Assembly: GCA_965237475.1 (NCBI GenBank)
Contig: OZ250140.1
Location: 483,549-547,548 of the forward strand
Source of the DNA: Dehalococcoidia bacterium
GTDB lineage: Bacteria; Chloroflexota; Dehalococcoidia; Bin125
Direction of reading: 5' to 3'
DNA length: 64,000 nucleotides
Of the stretch, positions 31,924 to 42,131 are shown piece after piece (within the stretch, counting starts at the first letter, position 1; every line of letters begins with the position of its first letter). The notes under the pieces were generated by a model, which saw only the letters and a list, made by a program, of their open reading frames with translations, was not told the origin of the DNA and did not search any database. The position numbers and the translations under genes were made by a program.

Positions 31924-33123
31924 ATGGCCGGCCAATTGCTCGAGGGCATCCGGGTGCTCGACTTCACACAGTTCCAACAAGGCCCGTCGGCGACGGTGCT
32001 CTTGTCGGATCTCGGCGCCGAAGTGATCAAGGTGGAACGACTGAATGTCGGCGATCCGTCGCGGCACGTCGCCCAGCGCGAGGACGGGTTCTCGCAGTAC
32101 TTCCACACCCACCATCGTGGCAAGCGAAGCATCGCCGTCGACCTGCGCGCGCCCGCGGGACGTGACCTGATCTACGAACTCGTGAAGCGCGTCGACGTGG
32201 TCACTGAGAACTTCAAGCCGGGCGTGATGGATCGTCTCGGTCTGGGCTGGGACGAACTCCGCGCGCGCAATCCGAAGCTCGTCTACGCGAGCGCGAGCGG
32301 CTTCGGACCGCAGGGGCCGCGCGCTCGGGCGACTTCGTGGGCATCGGTCGCCGGCGCCGCCGGCGGCGGGATGTGGCCGAACGGCGTCCGCGGCAGCAAC
32401 GGCGACAGGCCGTACGCGAATGTGGCTGCACCCGACCCCGACCAGACCGGTGGCATGATCTTCGCCTTCGCCATCGCCAGTGGGCTGGTCGCGCGCGAGC
32501 GCACCGGTGAAGGCCAGCTCGTGCAGACATCGCTGTACGGGAGTCAGATCTGGGGCCGCGCGCCGGCGATCAACGCCATCGCCAACGGCAACGTCGTGCC
32601 GTCGGCGAGGAACATGCCAATCTCCAACATGTTCACCCTGCAAGCGCAGGGCTCCGAGGGCGACTGGCTGTTCGTCGGCTACATCACCGACCGCTGGGTG
32701 CCGATGTGCCGGGCGCTCGAGCGCGAAGACTTGGTCACCGACCCGCGCTTCGCCACGGTGCCGGACCGCAACGCCAACATGGACGAGCTCCGGCGCGAAG
32801 TCGCGTCAACCCTCTGCACGCGCCCGGCGGCGGAATGGCCGACCCGCTTCGACGACGAAGAGGTGCCGAGCACGCTGATCCAGGACTACCCGATGATCGC
32901 CGAGGACGAGCAAGCCGCCGCCAACGAGTACATCGTCCAGTTCGAAGACGAGCGCTTCGGCACACTCACAACGGTAGGTTCGCCAATCCGAGCAAACGGC
33001 GTCCAGGGCCAAGTCAAATGCCTCGGCCCCGAACTCGGCCAGGACACGGATGCGCTGCTTGAGGAGATCGGCTGCCCTCCCGAGGCAATCGAGGAACTCA
33101 GAGCGGCGGGTGTCGTCGGCTAG
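31924..33123 (+). CDS. CoA transferase family III (CaiB/BaiF-like)
   Basis: 399 aa. 'IRVLDFTQFQQGPSATVLLSDLGAEVIKVE' signature. Confidence 0.85.
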   Translation: MAGQLLEGIRVLDFTQFQQGPSATVLLSDLGAEVIKVERLNVGDPSRHVAQREDGFSQYFHTHHRGKRSIAVDLRAPAGRDLIYELVKRVDVVTENFKPGVMDRLGLGWDELRARNPKLVYASASGFGPQGPRARATSWASVAGAAGGGMWPNGVRGSNGDRPYANVAAPDPDQTGGMIFAFAIASGLVARERTGEGQLVQTSLYGSQIWGRAPAINAIANGNVVPSARNMPISNMFTLQAQGSEGDWLFVGYITDRWVPMCRALEREDLVTDPRFATVPDRNANMDELRREVASTLCTRPAAEWPTRFDDEEVPSTLIQDYPMIAEDEQAAANEYIVQFEDERFGTLTTVGSPIRANGVQGQVKCLGPELGQDTDALLEEIGCPPEAIEELRAAGVVG

Positions 33124-33147
33124 AACTTCGCTCGAACTACGCGATGC

Positions 33148-33633
33148 TCAGCACCGGGTTGATGCCGGCAGTTCGGTGATCATGCCATCGGCCACCTGAA
33201 GTTGACGCACGAAGCAGATGACCTGCTGAATCTCGTCGATTGACAGGTCGGGGACGGCCGGCATATTGCCGAACTGCCAGTGGTGTTGCCGCACTCCGCG
33301 CGCGACCGCGATCACGAAGCTGGCATCGGGATGGTGACCGGGTTCGTAGAACTCATGCACGAGCGGCGGTCCCTGTGCAGTCCCCGATGCGTTCTCGCCA
33401 TGACACATTGAACAGTTGGCGATGAACAGCTCCTTTCCGCCGCCGCCGGCCTCCGGCGAGTCGGCGCGGGTCACCGCTACGGGTTCGTCAGCTGGTGATT
33501 CGCTCGCCCCGTAGCCATTCCCATCTCCGCCACCACACGCGGCGCCAACCAGGACGGCGACCGCCAACAGTGCGATCGAGACAGCGAAGTGTGTCGTCCA
33601 ACGACTGGAGCTCGTCATCGTTGCACCGCTCAT
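33148..33633 (-). CDS. c-type cytochrome (class I), exported/lipoprotein-like
   Basis: Signal peptide with LVGAAC lipobox-like; CSMCH heme-binding motif. Confidence 0.8.
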   Translation of the reverse strand: MSGATMTSSSRWTTHFAVSIALLAVAVLVGAACGGGDGNGYGASESPADEPVAVTRADSPEAGGGGKELFIANCSMCHGENASGTAQGPPLVHEFYEPGHHPDASFVIAVARGVRQHHWQFGNMPAVPDLSIDEIQQVICFVRQLQVADGMITELPASTRC

Positions 33634-33719
33634 GCCTGCGAGGATAGAAAGTCGCCGAGCTTGCTGACGGATTCACGCGCGCGGCAGGTCCAGCTCGGGA
33701 CCCTGCGACGCGAACCAAC

Positions 33720-33986
33720 TCAATCGAGCACCCGGGCGTAGAGGAACTCGTCGATCGTCTGACCATCCTTGGTGATGCTCTTGCGCAATCGGCCTTCCAG
33801 GACGTAGCCGACCCTCTCCAGCACGCGCATCGAGACTGGGTTCCACTCAAAGACGGAGGCGTCCAGCCGCACGATGTCGTGATTGGCGAAGGCGTAGTCG
33901 GTGAGCGCCCGCAATGCGGCCGTGGCGATGCCGCGACCCCACGACACGGCCGCGTAAGCTGGGGGAACGGTTCGCCGCCTATCCAC
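33720..33986 (-). pseudogene. displaced 3' fragment of a GNAT acetyltransferase gene (duplicate of the 3' end of the gene at 35937..36506)
   Basis: About 245 bp, roughly 97% identical to 35937-36180 at DNA level. Encodes only the C-terminal 80 aa. Confidence 0.7.
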
Positions 33987-34274
33987 CTTGAATCAACACG
34001 CTGCCTAGAACGGCATCGAACAGGCAACCCTGCAGCTACCCGCGATGCGGCCCAGCGCCCGGCTGCTGAAGTCGATCGCAACACGATGCGCCGCCGCCCG
34101 CTCGCCGCCATCCCGCTCAAGCACCAGAGTGCGCTAGAGTGGCCGAGCAACAAACACGCCTAATGGTATCTGCGCTCGACTACCGGACAACATCGCTGAC
34201 TGTCGACGACGGTCGGAACACTTCATCACCGATGACAACTGCGTGCCGGGGCAGCGTCAGAACGAAGGAGCAGC

Positions 34275-35114
34275 ATGGCACACAAGATAGCGTTGCTCAA
34301 TATGAAGGGCGGAGTAGGAAAGTCGACTCTTGCCGTGAATCTCGCGTGGGAGATGGCTACGGAGCCTTGGAACAAAAGGGTCCTCGTAGTGGATCTCGAT
34401 CCACAGTTCAACTGTAGTCAGTATCTGTTAGGCGTACGCCGCGTCGAAGAGATTATATCGGCCGGCGACCCAACGGTCTGGCACATCCTTGAACAGCACA
34501 CGACAGTTCCTGACAGGCCAAGTGCCCCGTTCGATCCTTCCGACGCGGTAGTCCGTGTATTCTCCAGAAGGTCTGCTGGATCCATTGACCTCATTCCTTC
34601 GCGATTGGAGTTGTCTCAGTCACTGCGCAACCCCGCAGGTAAAGAACAGTTGCTCAAGCGCGCGGTTGACAAATTGGAAGAAGCATATGACCTCGTGATC
34701 ATCGACTGCGCGCCGACTGAATCCATGCTCACCACGGCAGCCTATATCGTTGCCGATCATCTCTTAGTCCCGGTTCGACCGGAGTTTCTGTCCACGATTG
34801 GCTTGCCGCTGTTGGAGCGATCTTTGAGTGAGTTTTCTGCCTCTCACCCTGGATACGAGCCTCAAGTCTTGGGCCTTGTGTTCAATGCGATCTCCGCGTA
34901 TGCACCGGAGGAGGTGACTTCGAGAACTCAGGTCCAACGAGTCGCAGCCGCACAGGGCTGGCCTGTCTTCGATCAAGAGGTTGCCTATTCGCGATCGTTT
35001 CCAAAGGGCGCACGCGAAGGGAGTCCTATCTTCTGGACTTCATATGCGAGGACGAATGCCAAGGCTAACTTCCACAGGTTCGCCAGCGAGTTTGCACAGC
35101 GAATCGGCATATGA
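34275..35114 (+). CDS. ParA/MinD-family ATPase
   Basis: Deviant Walker A 'MKGGVGKST'. GC visibly lower than flanks. Confidence 0.85.
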   Translation: MAHKIALLNMKGGVGKSTLAVNLAWEMATEPWNKRVLVVDLDPQFNCSQYLLGVRRVEEIISAGDPTVWHILEQHTTVPDRPSAPFDPSDAVVRVFSRRSAGSIDLIPSRLELSQSLRNPAGKEQLLKRAVDKLEEAYDLVIIDCAPTESMLTTAAYIVADHLLVPVRPEFLSTIGLPLLERSLSEFSASHPGYEPQVLGLVFNAISAYAPEEVTSRTQVQRVAAAQGWPVFDQEVAYSRSFPKGAREGSPIFWTSYARTNAKANFHRFASEFAQRIGI

Positions 35115-35650
35115 CTGAGCAATACGACAAGGCAATGCTGCGCGCATTGGACCGGCTTGTAGCGCGGTATGGACCACGTCAGGTGACCCGGTTGGCTGAG
35201 CTGGTCCGGGACCCGAAGGAGGCAGAGCGTCTAGCCGACGCGTTGGAAAGTGCAGCCGCTACGGCACGCCAACGTAAGGCTACGCCGAGCAGCAGGGCCG
35301 ACCGCGCTGGAATGGGAGTGCTGAGAGAGCTAAGGCTGTCTGATGCAGCAAAACACGCCGTGGTAGCTGAGATCAGGCGTGAGCTACTATCCGGCATGAT
35401 CCTCCCCTCTATGGGCGAACTGCGTCGATTTGCCATGATCCATGACCTGTCGATAGGTAAAGCGACAGCGAGGACGGCCGCTGTAGCGCCGTTCTTGAGG
35501 TCGCTATCCCAGCTCCCGATGCCTGCGATCATCTCACTACGCGATGCTCTTGTTCAGTTTGACGTTGATGATAGGAGCCTCGACAGATGGAGAGAGGTGA
35601 TCGTCAGAAGTCGGCCTGACAGATCGGATTCAGCAGAGGAAGAGCCGTAA
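35111..35650 (+). CDS. hypothetical protein coupled to parA (candidate partition partner, unproven)
   Basis: ATGA overlap with the parA stop. 179 aa with no recognisable motif. Confidence 0.45.
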   Translation: MTEQYDKAMLRALDRLVARYGPRQVTRLAELVRDPKEAERLADALESAAATARQRKATPSSRADRAGMGVLRELRLSDAAKHAVVAEIRRELLSGMILPSMGELRRFAMIHDLSIGKATARTAAVAPFLRSLSQLPMPAIISLRDALVQFDVDDRSLDRWREVIVRSRPDRSDSAEEEP

Positions 35651-35795
35651 GGCGGTTTCTCTTGACTCGCACTCGTAGAGCTGAAGGACTCAGGTCTGGG
35701 AGAATGAAGGTCCGGAGAACCGGTTGCTAAGCGAAGGCATGGATGCGCGGCGATTCGGCTTGCGAGCAAGTTTGACGTCAACGCTCGTCTCCTTG

Positions 35796-35908
35796 GTCCC
35801 CGCGGACGCTCCGCTGCGGTGGATCAAGGCTGAGGCCGACCTAGGGTGGGGGCGTATCTCGTTGTCCCTGCGGACGCCATAAGCAGGGTGATCAAGGCTG
35901 CGAACTGT
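35796..35908. repeat. two imperfect ~45-bp direct repeats (GTCCCYGCGGACGC...GTGATCAAGGCTG) next to the parA cassette / GNAT junction
   Basis: R1 35796-35840 and R2 35873-35908 share GTCCC-GCGGACGC and GGTGATCAAGGCTG blocks. Confidence 0.45.
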
Positions 35909-35936
35909 GTCGTCCAACGACCTGAGTTGCTCGAAG

Positions 35937-36506
35937 TCAATCGAGCACCCGGGCGTAGAGGAACTCGTCGATCGTCTGACCATCTTTGGTGATGCTCTTG
36001 CGCAATCGGCCTTCCAGGACGTAGCCGACCTTCTCCAGCACTCGCATCGAGGCCGGGTTCCACTCAAAGACGGAGGCGTCCAGCCGCACGATGTCGTGAT
36101 TTGCGAAGGCATGGTCGGTGAGCGCCCGCAATGCGGCCGTGGCGATGCCGCGACCCCAGAACGCCTCTCCCAGCCAGTAGCCGATCTCCGCCGATCGTCG
36201 ATGGATGTCGTCGCGGAACGTCAGCCCGATACCGCCAATCAGCTCGTCGGTTGAAGTGATGGCAAAGTTCGCTTCGGGTGACTGCTGCATCACGAGACTG
36301 ATCCAGTCGTCCGCATCGGACAGCGCGTATGGGTACGGAAACGTGTCGCGCATGTTCCGCGAAATGTTGCGATTGCTGGCGTACCGGGCCAGAGCTGGAG
36401 CATCCTTGACGCGATAGCTCCTGAGCTGCCACTCGCCAATCTCAATACGCATGCGTCGCCTCCCGCTCACCATCGACTTGTAGCAGCCGATCAGGCACCC
36501 TATCAA
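35937..36506 (-). CDS. GNAT family N-acetyltransferase (RimJ/RimL-like)
   Basis: 189 aa. Acetyl-CoA binding 'GYWLGEAFWGRGIATAA' motif. Confidence 0.8.
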   Translation of the reverse strand: MIGCLIGCYKSMVSGRRRMRIEIGEWQLRSYRVKDAPALARYASNRNISRNMRDTFPYPYALSDADDWISLVMQQSPEANFAITSTDELIGGIGLTFRDDIHRRSAEIGYWLGEAFWGRGIATAALRALTDHAFANHDIVRLDASVFEWNPASMRVLEKVGYVLEGRLRKSITKDGQTIDEFLYARVLD

Positions 36507-36540
36507 ATGCTGAGAAGGCCTACAACGCCGGACAGGATGC

Positions 36541-37428
36541 TCACAACGCCGCTAACCGCTCCTCCACCTGCGACAGCAGTCGCGCCGCGTTTTCTCCCAG
36601 CCAGCCGTCCTTGACGTGGTCCTTGAGCGGCAAGTCCTGCAACTCACTCACGGCGCGCTGGAAGGGGATCATGTTGTCGGTGGCGAACAGCACCCGGTCG
36701 CTGAGCAGGGATGAGTTGCCGTACTGCATCAGCGTCTCCCAGCCTGTGCCGGGCGTCCCGATGTACTTGGGCGCGACCGCGCCGATCTCGATGTAGACGT
36801 TGGCGTGCTTCCAGGCGACCGCGACCAGCTCGTTGACCCAGGGCCAGCCGCCGTGGTTCGCGACGATCACGAGGTCCGGAAAGTCGCAGGCGATCTCGCA
36901 GAGGTAGAGCGGGCGGCCGAACTCGATCGATCGGTCGTTCGAGAAGTTGATCGAGGAGTGAATCGTGACCGGAACGCCGAGCTCCTGGCACTTCGCATAG
37001 AGCGCGTAGAAGCGCTTGTCGTTGGCCAGCACGCGGTACGAAAACGGTTGCAGGTTGACGCCGCGCGCCCCGCGTTCGCGGACCTCGTGCTCGACCATCG
37101 CCGCCATGTTGTCGCCCGCGCCGGGATTGACGGTGACGTAGCCGGTCAGCACGTCAGGATGATCAGTGACGATGCGATGGACGGCATCGTTCATGGCGCG
37201 GTAGTCGCCCGCCGCCCATTCGGCCTGCAGCACGGCCCGGTCGATGCCGGCCTCGCCGATCGCGGCGACCATCGCGTCGGCGTCTCGCCCGCCGCCACGC
37301 TCGCGCGTGTAGATGCGGTCGTAGTTGGCCAGGTAACTACTGTCCCCGAAGCGGTTGTCGCCATCGCCGGCGGGGTCGATCCATTCACGCGGCGGCAGGG
37401 TGACTCTGAAGTCGATGATCTCGGGCAT
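36541..37428 (-). CDS. amidohydrolase-2 family metal-dependent hydrolase (TIM barrel)
   Basis: 295 aa. Amidohydrolase_2-like pattern (...RVLFATDNMIPF...). Confidence 0.7.
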   Translation of the reverse strand: MPEIIDFRVTLPPREWIDPAGDGDNRFGDSSYLANYDRIYTRERGGGRDADAMVAAIGEAGIDRAVLQAEWAAGDYRAMNDAVHRIVTDHPDVLTGYVTVNPGAGDNMAAMVEHEVRERGARGVNLQPFSYRVLANDKRFYALYAKCQELGVPVTIHSSINFSNDRSIEFGRPLYLCEIACDFPDLVIVANHGGWPWVNELVAVAWKHANVYIEIGAVAPKYIGTPGTGWETLMQYGNSSLLSDRVLFATDNMIPFQRAVSELQDLPLKDHVKDGWLGENAARLLSQVEERLAAL

Positions 37429-37474
37429 GTGCGGTCCGCCTTTCGCTGCTGCTCACTGCCGGCGGCTGGTCCGC

Positions 37475-38692
37475 TTAGGGGATCACGCCGGCCTGCTTGA
37501 GGGCTGCGATGGCGTCCCAGTCGTAGCCCAACTCTTCGAGGACGAGTTCGGTGTGTTCGCCGAGCTCAGCGGCGCTGCTGTAGTTGGTCGTGGGCGCTTG
37601 GTCGAGCTTGAACGGCGCCCCGAGCACCTTGAACTCGATCCCTGATCGGTGCTGCATCGCGCTGACGTAGCCGTTGGCCGCGGCTTGCGGGTCCTGAGAG
37701 ATCTCCAGCTCATCCGCAGCCGGGGCCCACGGGAAGTCGAGGGCGTCAAAGATCGCCGCCCAGTGTTCGCACGGTTCCTCAGCGATGCGTTGCTCGATCA
37801 GCTCGACCGCCTCGCGGGTGTGCCGGCGGCGCTCGGCGGCCACCGCGAAGCGCGGATCTTCCGTGAGGATCGGCAGATCGATCGCCTCGGCGAACGGCGC
37901 CCAGAATCGTTCCTCCTGGATCATCGCGAGCTGTAGCCACTTGTCGTCGGCTGCGCGATACGAGTTATACAGCGAATTGAAGGCGCTGTAGCGGTCGCCC
38001 CGAGGAAAGTTCCGGCCGGTCGCCAATGCGCCCTGGACGGCGAACCCGTTCGCCCAGATCCCGCCGCCATAGAGCGAGCAGGTGAGGAACTGTCCCTCGC
38101 CGCTGAGTTCGCGCTGGTAGAGCGCGGCGAAGATCGCGGCGGTAATGTTCATCGCGCTGGGCAGGTCTCCCATGGCGCCCACGAGCCGCACCGGGTCGTT
38201 GCCGGGCGCGCCGAGGATCGACATGAAGCCGCCGCGCGCCCAATAGGCCAGCTCGTCGAACGCCGGCCGGTTGATGTCGGGACCTTCCGTGCCGTAGCCC
38301 GTGGCGTGCGCGTAGATCAGTCGTGGGTGGTCCTGGCGCAGCGACTCGTAATCAATCCCGAGCCGTTCGAGGCCGCCGCGGCGGAGGTTGACGATGAAGA
38401 TGTCGGCGTCCGCCAACAGCCGCCGCATCACCTCGCCGCCCTCAGGGCTGCGCACATCGAGCGCGACGCTGCGCTTGTTGCGATTGGCCAGTTCGTAGAC
38501 CCAGTCGACATGATCACGAACGCGATGCACCAGTCCGCGCATCGGATCGCCGGTGTGGGCTTCGACCTTGATCACATCCGCGCCGAGCTCGCCCAACAGG
38601 CACGCGCTCATCGGGGCGAAGAGCCAGGTGGCCATCTCGACGACCTTGAGCCCCCGCAGCAGTGGCTTCGGCTGGGTTTGTTCTCCAGGCAC
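37475..38692 (-). CDS. CoA transferase family III (CaiB/BaiF-like)
   Basis: 405 aa. 'LKVVEMATWLFAPMSACLLGELGADVIKVE'. Confidence 0.85.
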   Translation of the reverse strand: MPGEQTQPKPLLRGLKVVEMATWLFAPMSACLLGELGADVIKVEAHTGDPMRGLVHRVRDHVDWVYELANRNKRSVALDVRSPEGGEVMRRLLADADIFIVNLRRGGLERLGIDYESLRQDHPRLIYAHATGYGTEGPDINRPAFDELAYWARGGFMSILGAPGNDPVRLVGAMGDLPSAMNITAAIFAALYQRELSGEGQFLTCSLYGGGIWANGFAVQGALATGRNFPRGDRYSAFNSLYNSYRAADDKWLQLAMIQEERFWAPFAEAIDLPILTEDPRFAVAAERRRHTREAVELIEQRIAEEPCEHWAAIFDALDFPWAPAADELEISQDPQAAANGYVSAMQHRSGIEFKVLGAPFKLDQAPTTNYSSAAELGEHTELVLEELGYDWDAIAALKQAGVIP

Positions 38693-38828
38693 GCGTTCTC
38701 CATCCTCGCTCAGGCTCGCGAACCCCGAGACTAGCCGACGTGCAAGTCGCGCCGCTCAGATCGACCCACGAGCCCTCCCAGGGGGGGCTTCGGCCCCAAC
38801 GCTGTTTCAGGGCGTCTTGCAAGCGCAG

Positions 38829-39305
38829 TTAAGCCAACGACGCCATGCCGTCCGCCACCCTAGCTGGTAGACGAGCATCAATCTCGACAGACTCGAGCTG
38901 ACTACCGTTTGGATCGTCTTGACACATTGACGCGAGAGTGAAGATGCTTCGCCCGGCCGCGAGGTACGGCGGAGTATGGTCGCGCAGGTTCTGGTTCCAC
39001 ATCCGCACCGCGTCCGCGGCGGCGTTGGGATAGTCGTCCGTACAGACCTCGATGGTGTCTCCGACGATGATGTTGCGGGCGATGTGCCGGTGCTTGCTGA
39101 TATTCACCGGATCGCTGGCATCCGGATCGTCGTTAAACACCCGCATCACACCGTCGGCCACAGCGTACACTGGGTCACCGGCGACTTGGTCTTCGCTCCC
39201 CGCGGAGCGGCTGTACTCGCCGATGTCGAGCCCGATGTGGAACCCATTGCCGCGATTGGTGGACGGATCATGAACGTAGTCGTAGTTCTCGTCAATCGCT
39301 ACCGG
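38829..39305 (-). other. M23 (LytM-type) metallopeptidase domain, in frame with and directly behind the stop TGA (39306-39308) of the upstream surface-protein gene; no usable start codon of its own
   Basis: Read-through translation gives ...GNGFHIGLDIGEY...GDPVYAVADGVMRVF...SKHRHIA..., i.e. HxGxD, the GxPVxAxxxGxV block and HxH. The first ATG/GTG/TTG after the TGA is GTG 39170, which falls in the middle of the domain. Confidence 0.5.
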
Positions 39306-42131
39306 TCAGATGGGACGAAAGGGAAGTGTCCAGATCTCCTCCCACGGATCGGTCGGCGCGGCCGATTCGCTTCGAACTCGGGATTCACCGGGTATCGCCG
39401 CAGTGACAACGACGGAGGCTTCAACTTCCGGGATCGTGCGATGGATGACGTGTACGCGATACGAGAACCCGGCTACGACCCGCCAGTACCTGCCTTGGGT
39501 CGTCCACGTCATCGTGCCGTCAAAGAAATTCCTACTGTCAATCTTGGTGTTGGTTGACCTTTCGAAGATCTGCACCAGATACTTCGATTCGGCACCCTCG
39601 AACGGCGGACCCCAGCTGATTGTGATGCTGTTGCTCGTCGCGCTCGCACGGAGATTCTGGGGACCGCGCAGAGGCGGCTGCCATTCCGATGGCGCGGTCG
39701 CAGTGCGGATCGTGTGGATTGTAGTCGTGATGTTGGTAACGATGTCGCCAACGTCCGGTTGATGGACGCGAGTAATGACCTCGTACTCGGTGTCGGGCGG
39801 CAGATGCTGGAAGACCACCTCGTGCCGTCCGGACAAGCGGTCGTTGCGGTAGGAACGGGTCAGGTAGTGATGCTCCGGCGAGCGCAAGGAAACCGTGCCA
39901 GCGTAATATGCGAGCGGCTGTCCGTCCCAACTCACGGTGGCCGAATCGTGTGTCGCACTCACGACTACGTTCTCGGCGGCCGTGGGTCGGGCGAAGCGCT
40001 GCTCCTCGCTCCACTCCAGCGCGTCCGGTGTGGATAGCTCGATGCGCGCTCTAACGGCAGTCAGTTGAACGATGTGCTCGCCCATCTGCGGCTCCAACCA
40101 GCCTCCGGAAAACCGGCGATGCAGCCGCGAATACGTCCAAGTGTCTGCACCTACGGCTTGGTGGCGAGCGACGACCCCGGCTCCCTTGTCTTGCGCATTC
40201 ACTGCCCGAAACTCGTCCGAGTCTTCCGCCCAGTTGACAAAGACACTCTCTGGAAGTGTCCAGACCGTGATTCCCGGGGGCGGAGCCAACGGGGGCGCCA
40301 GCGAAACCGCTACGCTCGCAGTGACCGTGGCGCCCCGGCTGTCGCTGACCGTGGCGTTGAACGCCTTGCTCGGATCGGGCAGCGGGTCGGTCGTGAACGG
40401 GTCCGTCGGCAGCGGCCCGCAGTTGGCGCGGTGCGCTTCGGCGTCGGCGTCGACGGTGCCGCCATCGATGGTGAGCGCGTAAGGCGGCTGGCCGCCGGTG
40501 ATCTCCCAGCTCAGCTCGGTCAGGGTGTTGGCCGTGCAGAGTTCACGCGAACTCGTCAGCGCCAGCGTCGGAGGAGCGGAGCGTCTGGCTCCCGTCGGAG
40601 GTGTCGTAAAGTCCACCGTGGTGGCTGTTACCTCAAAATCCGTATGCTCGACCGTCGCTTGGTAGGTAGTCTCGGGAAGCAGACGATCCAGTGGCACGGT
40701 CCAACTCGTCGCACCGTGGGTGAATGCTGAATAGGCTCGTCGGTCCGTCTGCCTGTTGTTGATACGGAGGTGCCAAGCGTCGCTCGCACTAGGTGATGGC
40801 GAATTCCAAGAAATGACGATTCCGTTGGCCGCGGACGCCGTACGCAGGTTCTGCGCTCCGCGGGGCAGCGGCGTCCAGTCGCTGGGAGCCTCGCCGGTGC
40901 TAACTGCGTACGTCGTCGCGGGTCCGCCAAACCCGTGGACCATTCGGAACGATTGCGTAAAATCCGTCTCCGGCGGCAAATGTGTGAATGTCACTTCGTG
41001 GCGGCCGCTGAGGCCATCCTCCCAAGAGCGTTGCATCCGCCAGCCACCGTGTCGACGGATATACAGACTGACTTGAATCTCTTGTCCACGCGCGTACGGC
41101 TGCTTGTTCCACGAGACGGTGACGCTGTCATGCGTCGATGTGAACTGAACGTTCTGCGCTAGCGTTGTCGACTTGTAGCGAATCTCGTCGCTCCAGTTGA
41201 GCGAGGCCGGGGTTTCGATTTCCAACGGGTGTCTGACGGCCGCGACTTGAAAGACCTTCAAATTGGTCGTCGGCTCCAGTGCATACGCAGCGTGGCCAAA
41301 CCGATCGACCACGTGGTAGTCCCATTGCGTTGCATCAGTCGCACGTGTCCGCACCACTCCGGACACTTGCGAATCGCCTCTGGTGACGGGGTGTACGCCG
41401 ATGGGGGATTGGGATCCCGATCCCCGCACAGGATCCCAGAACACAGATACCTCGCGGTAATGGGACAGGTATCTGACGTTTGCGGGTGCATCTAGTGGGG
41501 GTTGTAGTAACACTTCGGTTTGGGCAGTCGCTGTCACAGGCGTCGCCTGTGAGTCCGTCACCGCCGCATTGAACGCCTTGCTCGGATCGGGCAGCGGGTC
41601 GTTCGTGAACGGATCCGTCGGCAGCGGCCCACAGTTGGCGCGGTGCGACTCGGCGGCGGCGTCCACCATCTCACCGTCAATCGTCAGCGTGTAGGGCGGC
41701 AGGCCGCCCGCGATCTCCCAGCTCAGCTCGGTCAGGGTGTTGGCCGTGCAGAGTTCACGCGAGCTGGTCAGCTCCAGCGTCAGCGGCGGGACCGGGAGCA
41801 GGAACTCGGTCGTGACGAGCGCGTCGTCTGGTGCTGCGGCTGCGTGCGGCGCCTCGGCCTGTGCCGGCCCGCCAGAACGCAGCGCTACCGCCGCAGGTTG
41901 CGGGCCGGCGTCTGGCGTCAGGACGATCGTGGCCGCCAGCGTCTCGCGGTGTTCCGCCGCTGCGCCGGACCAGGCCAGCCCACACCCGAGCGCCAGCAGG
42001 CTCAGCACGAATCCGACCGCGCGCGCGTTCAGCGACATCCCCAGCCTCTGCGCCGCCCCAGCCCCGATGTGCATCGAGCCTAGCACCCCCGCCCCGCGTG
42101 AGCGGCGATTCACGAGCCTCCGCACACCCAC
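39306..42131 (-). CDS. exported surface protein (941 aa) with two tandem ~450-aa modules (SprB-like 'GGxPPYTLTIDG' segment plus Fn3-like domains)
   Basis: Signal peptide (likely start MSLNARAVGFVLSLLALGC). The internal duplication is near-identical at the start of each module (TLELTSSRELCTANTLTELSWEIAGGLPPYTLTIDG vs TLALTSSRELCTANTLTELSWEITGGQPPYALTIDG). Confidence 0.8.
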   Translation of the reverse strand: MGVRRLVNRRSRGAGVLGSMHIGAGAAQRLGMSLNARAVGFVLSLLALGCGLAWSGAAAEHRETLAATIVLTPDAGPQPAAVALRSGGPAQAEAPHAAAAPDDALVTTEFLLPVPPLTLELTSSRELCTANTLTELSWEIAGGLPPYTLTIDGEMVDAAAESHRANCGPLPTDPFTNDPLPDPSKAFNAAVTDSQATPVTATAQTEVLLQPPLDAPANVRYLSHYREVSVFWDPVRGSGSQSPIGVHPVTRGDSQVSGVVRTRATDATQWDYHVVDRFGHAAYALEPTTNLKVFQVAAVRHPLEIETPASLNWSDEIRYKSTTLAQNVQFTSTHDSVTVSWNKQPYARGQEIQVSLYIRRHGGWRMQRSWEDGLSGRHEVTFTHLPPETDFTQSFRMVHGFGGPATTYAVSTGEAPSDWTPLPRGAQNLRTASAANGIVISWNSPSPSASDAWHLRINNRQTDRRAYSAFTHGATSWTVPLDRLLPETTYQATVEHTDFEVTATTVDFTTPPTGARRSAPPTLALTSSRELCTANTLTELSWEITGGQPPYALTIDGGTVDADAEAHRANCGPLPTDPFTTDPLPDPSKAFNATVSDSRGATVTASVAVSLAPPLAPPPGITVWTLPESVFVNWAEDSDEFRAVNAQDKGAGVVARHQAVGADTWTYSRLHRRFSGGWLEPQMGEHIVQLTAVRARIELSTPDALEWSEEQRFARPTAAENVVVSATHDSATVSWDGQPLAYYAGTVSLRSPEHHYLTRSYRNDRLSGRHEVVFQHLPPDTEYEVITRVHQPDVGDIVTNITTTIHTIRTATAPSEWQPPLRGPQNLRASATSNSITISWGPPFEGAESKYLVQIFERSTNTKIDSRNFFDGTMTWTTQGRYWRVVAGFSYRVHVIHRTIPEVEASVVVTAAIPGESRVRSESAAPTDPWEEIWTLPFRPI

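Noticed and set aside
39306-39308. Selenocysteine at the TGA preceding the M23 domain
   Set aside because: No Cys/redox context (..RPI-U-PVAID..) and no convincing downstream hairpin. A nonsense mutation or read-through is more plausible. Kept as a finding but not called Sec.
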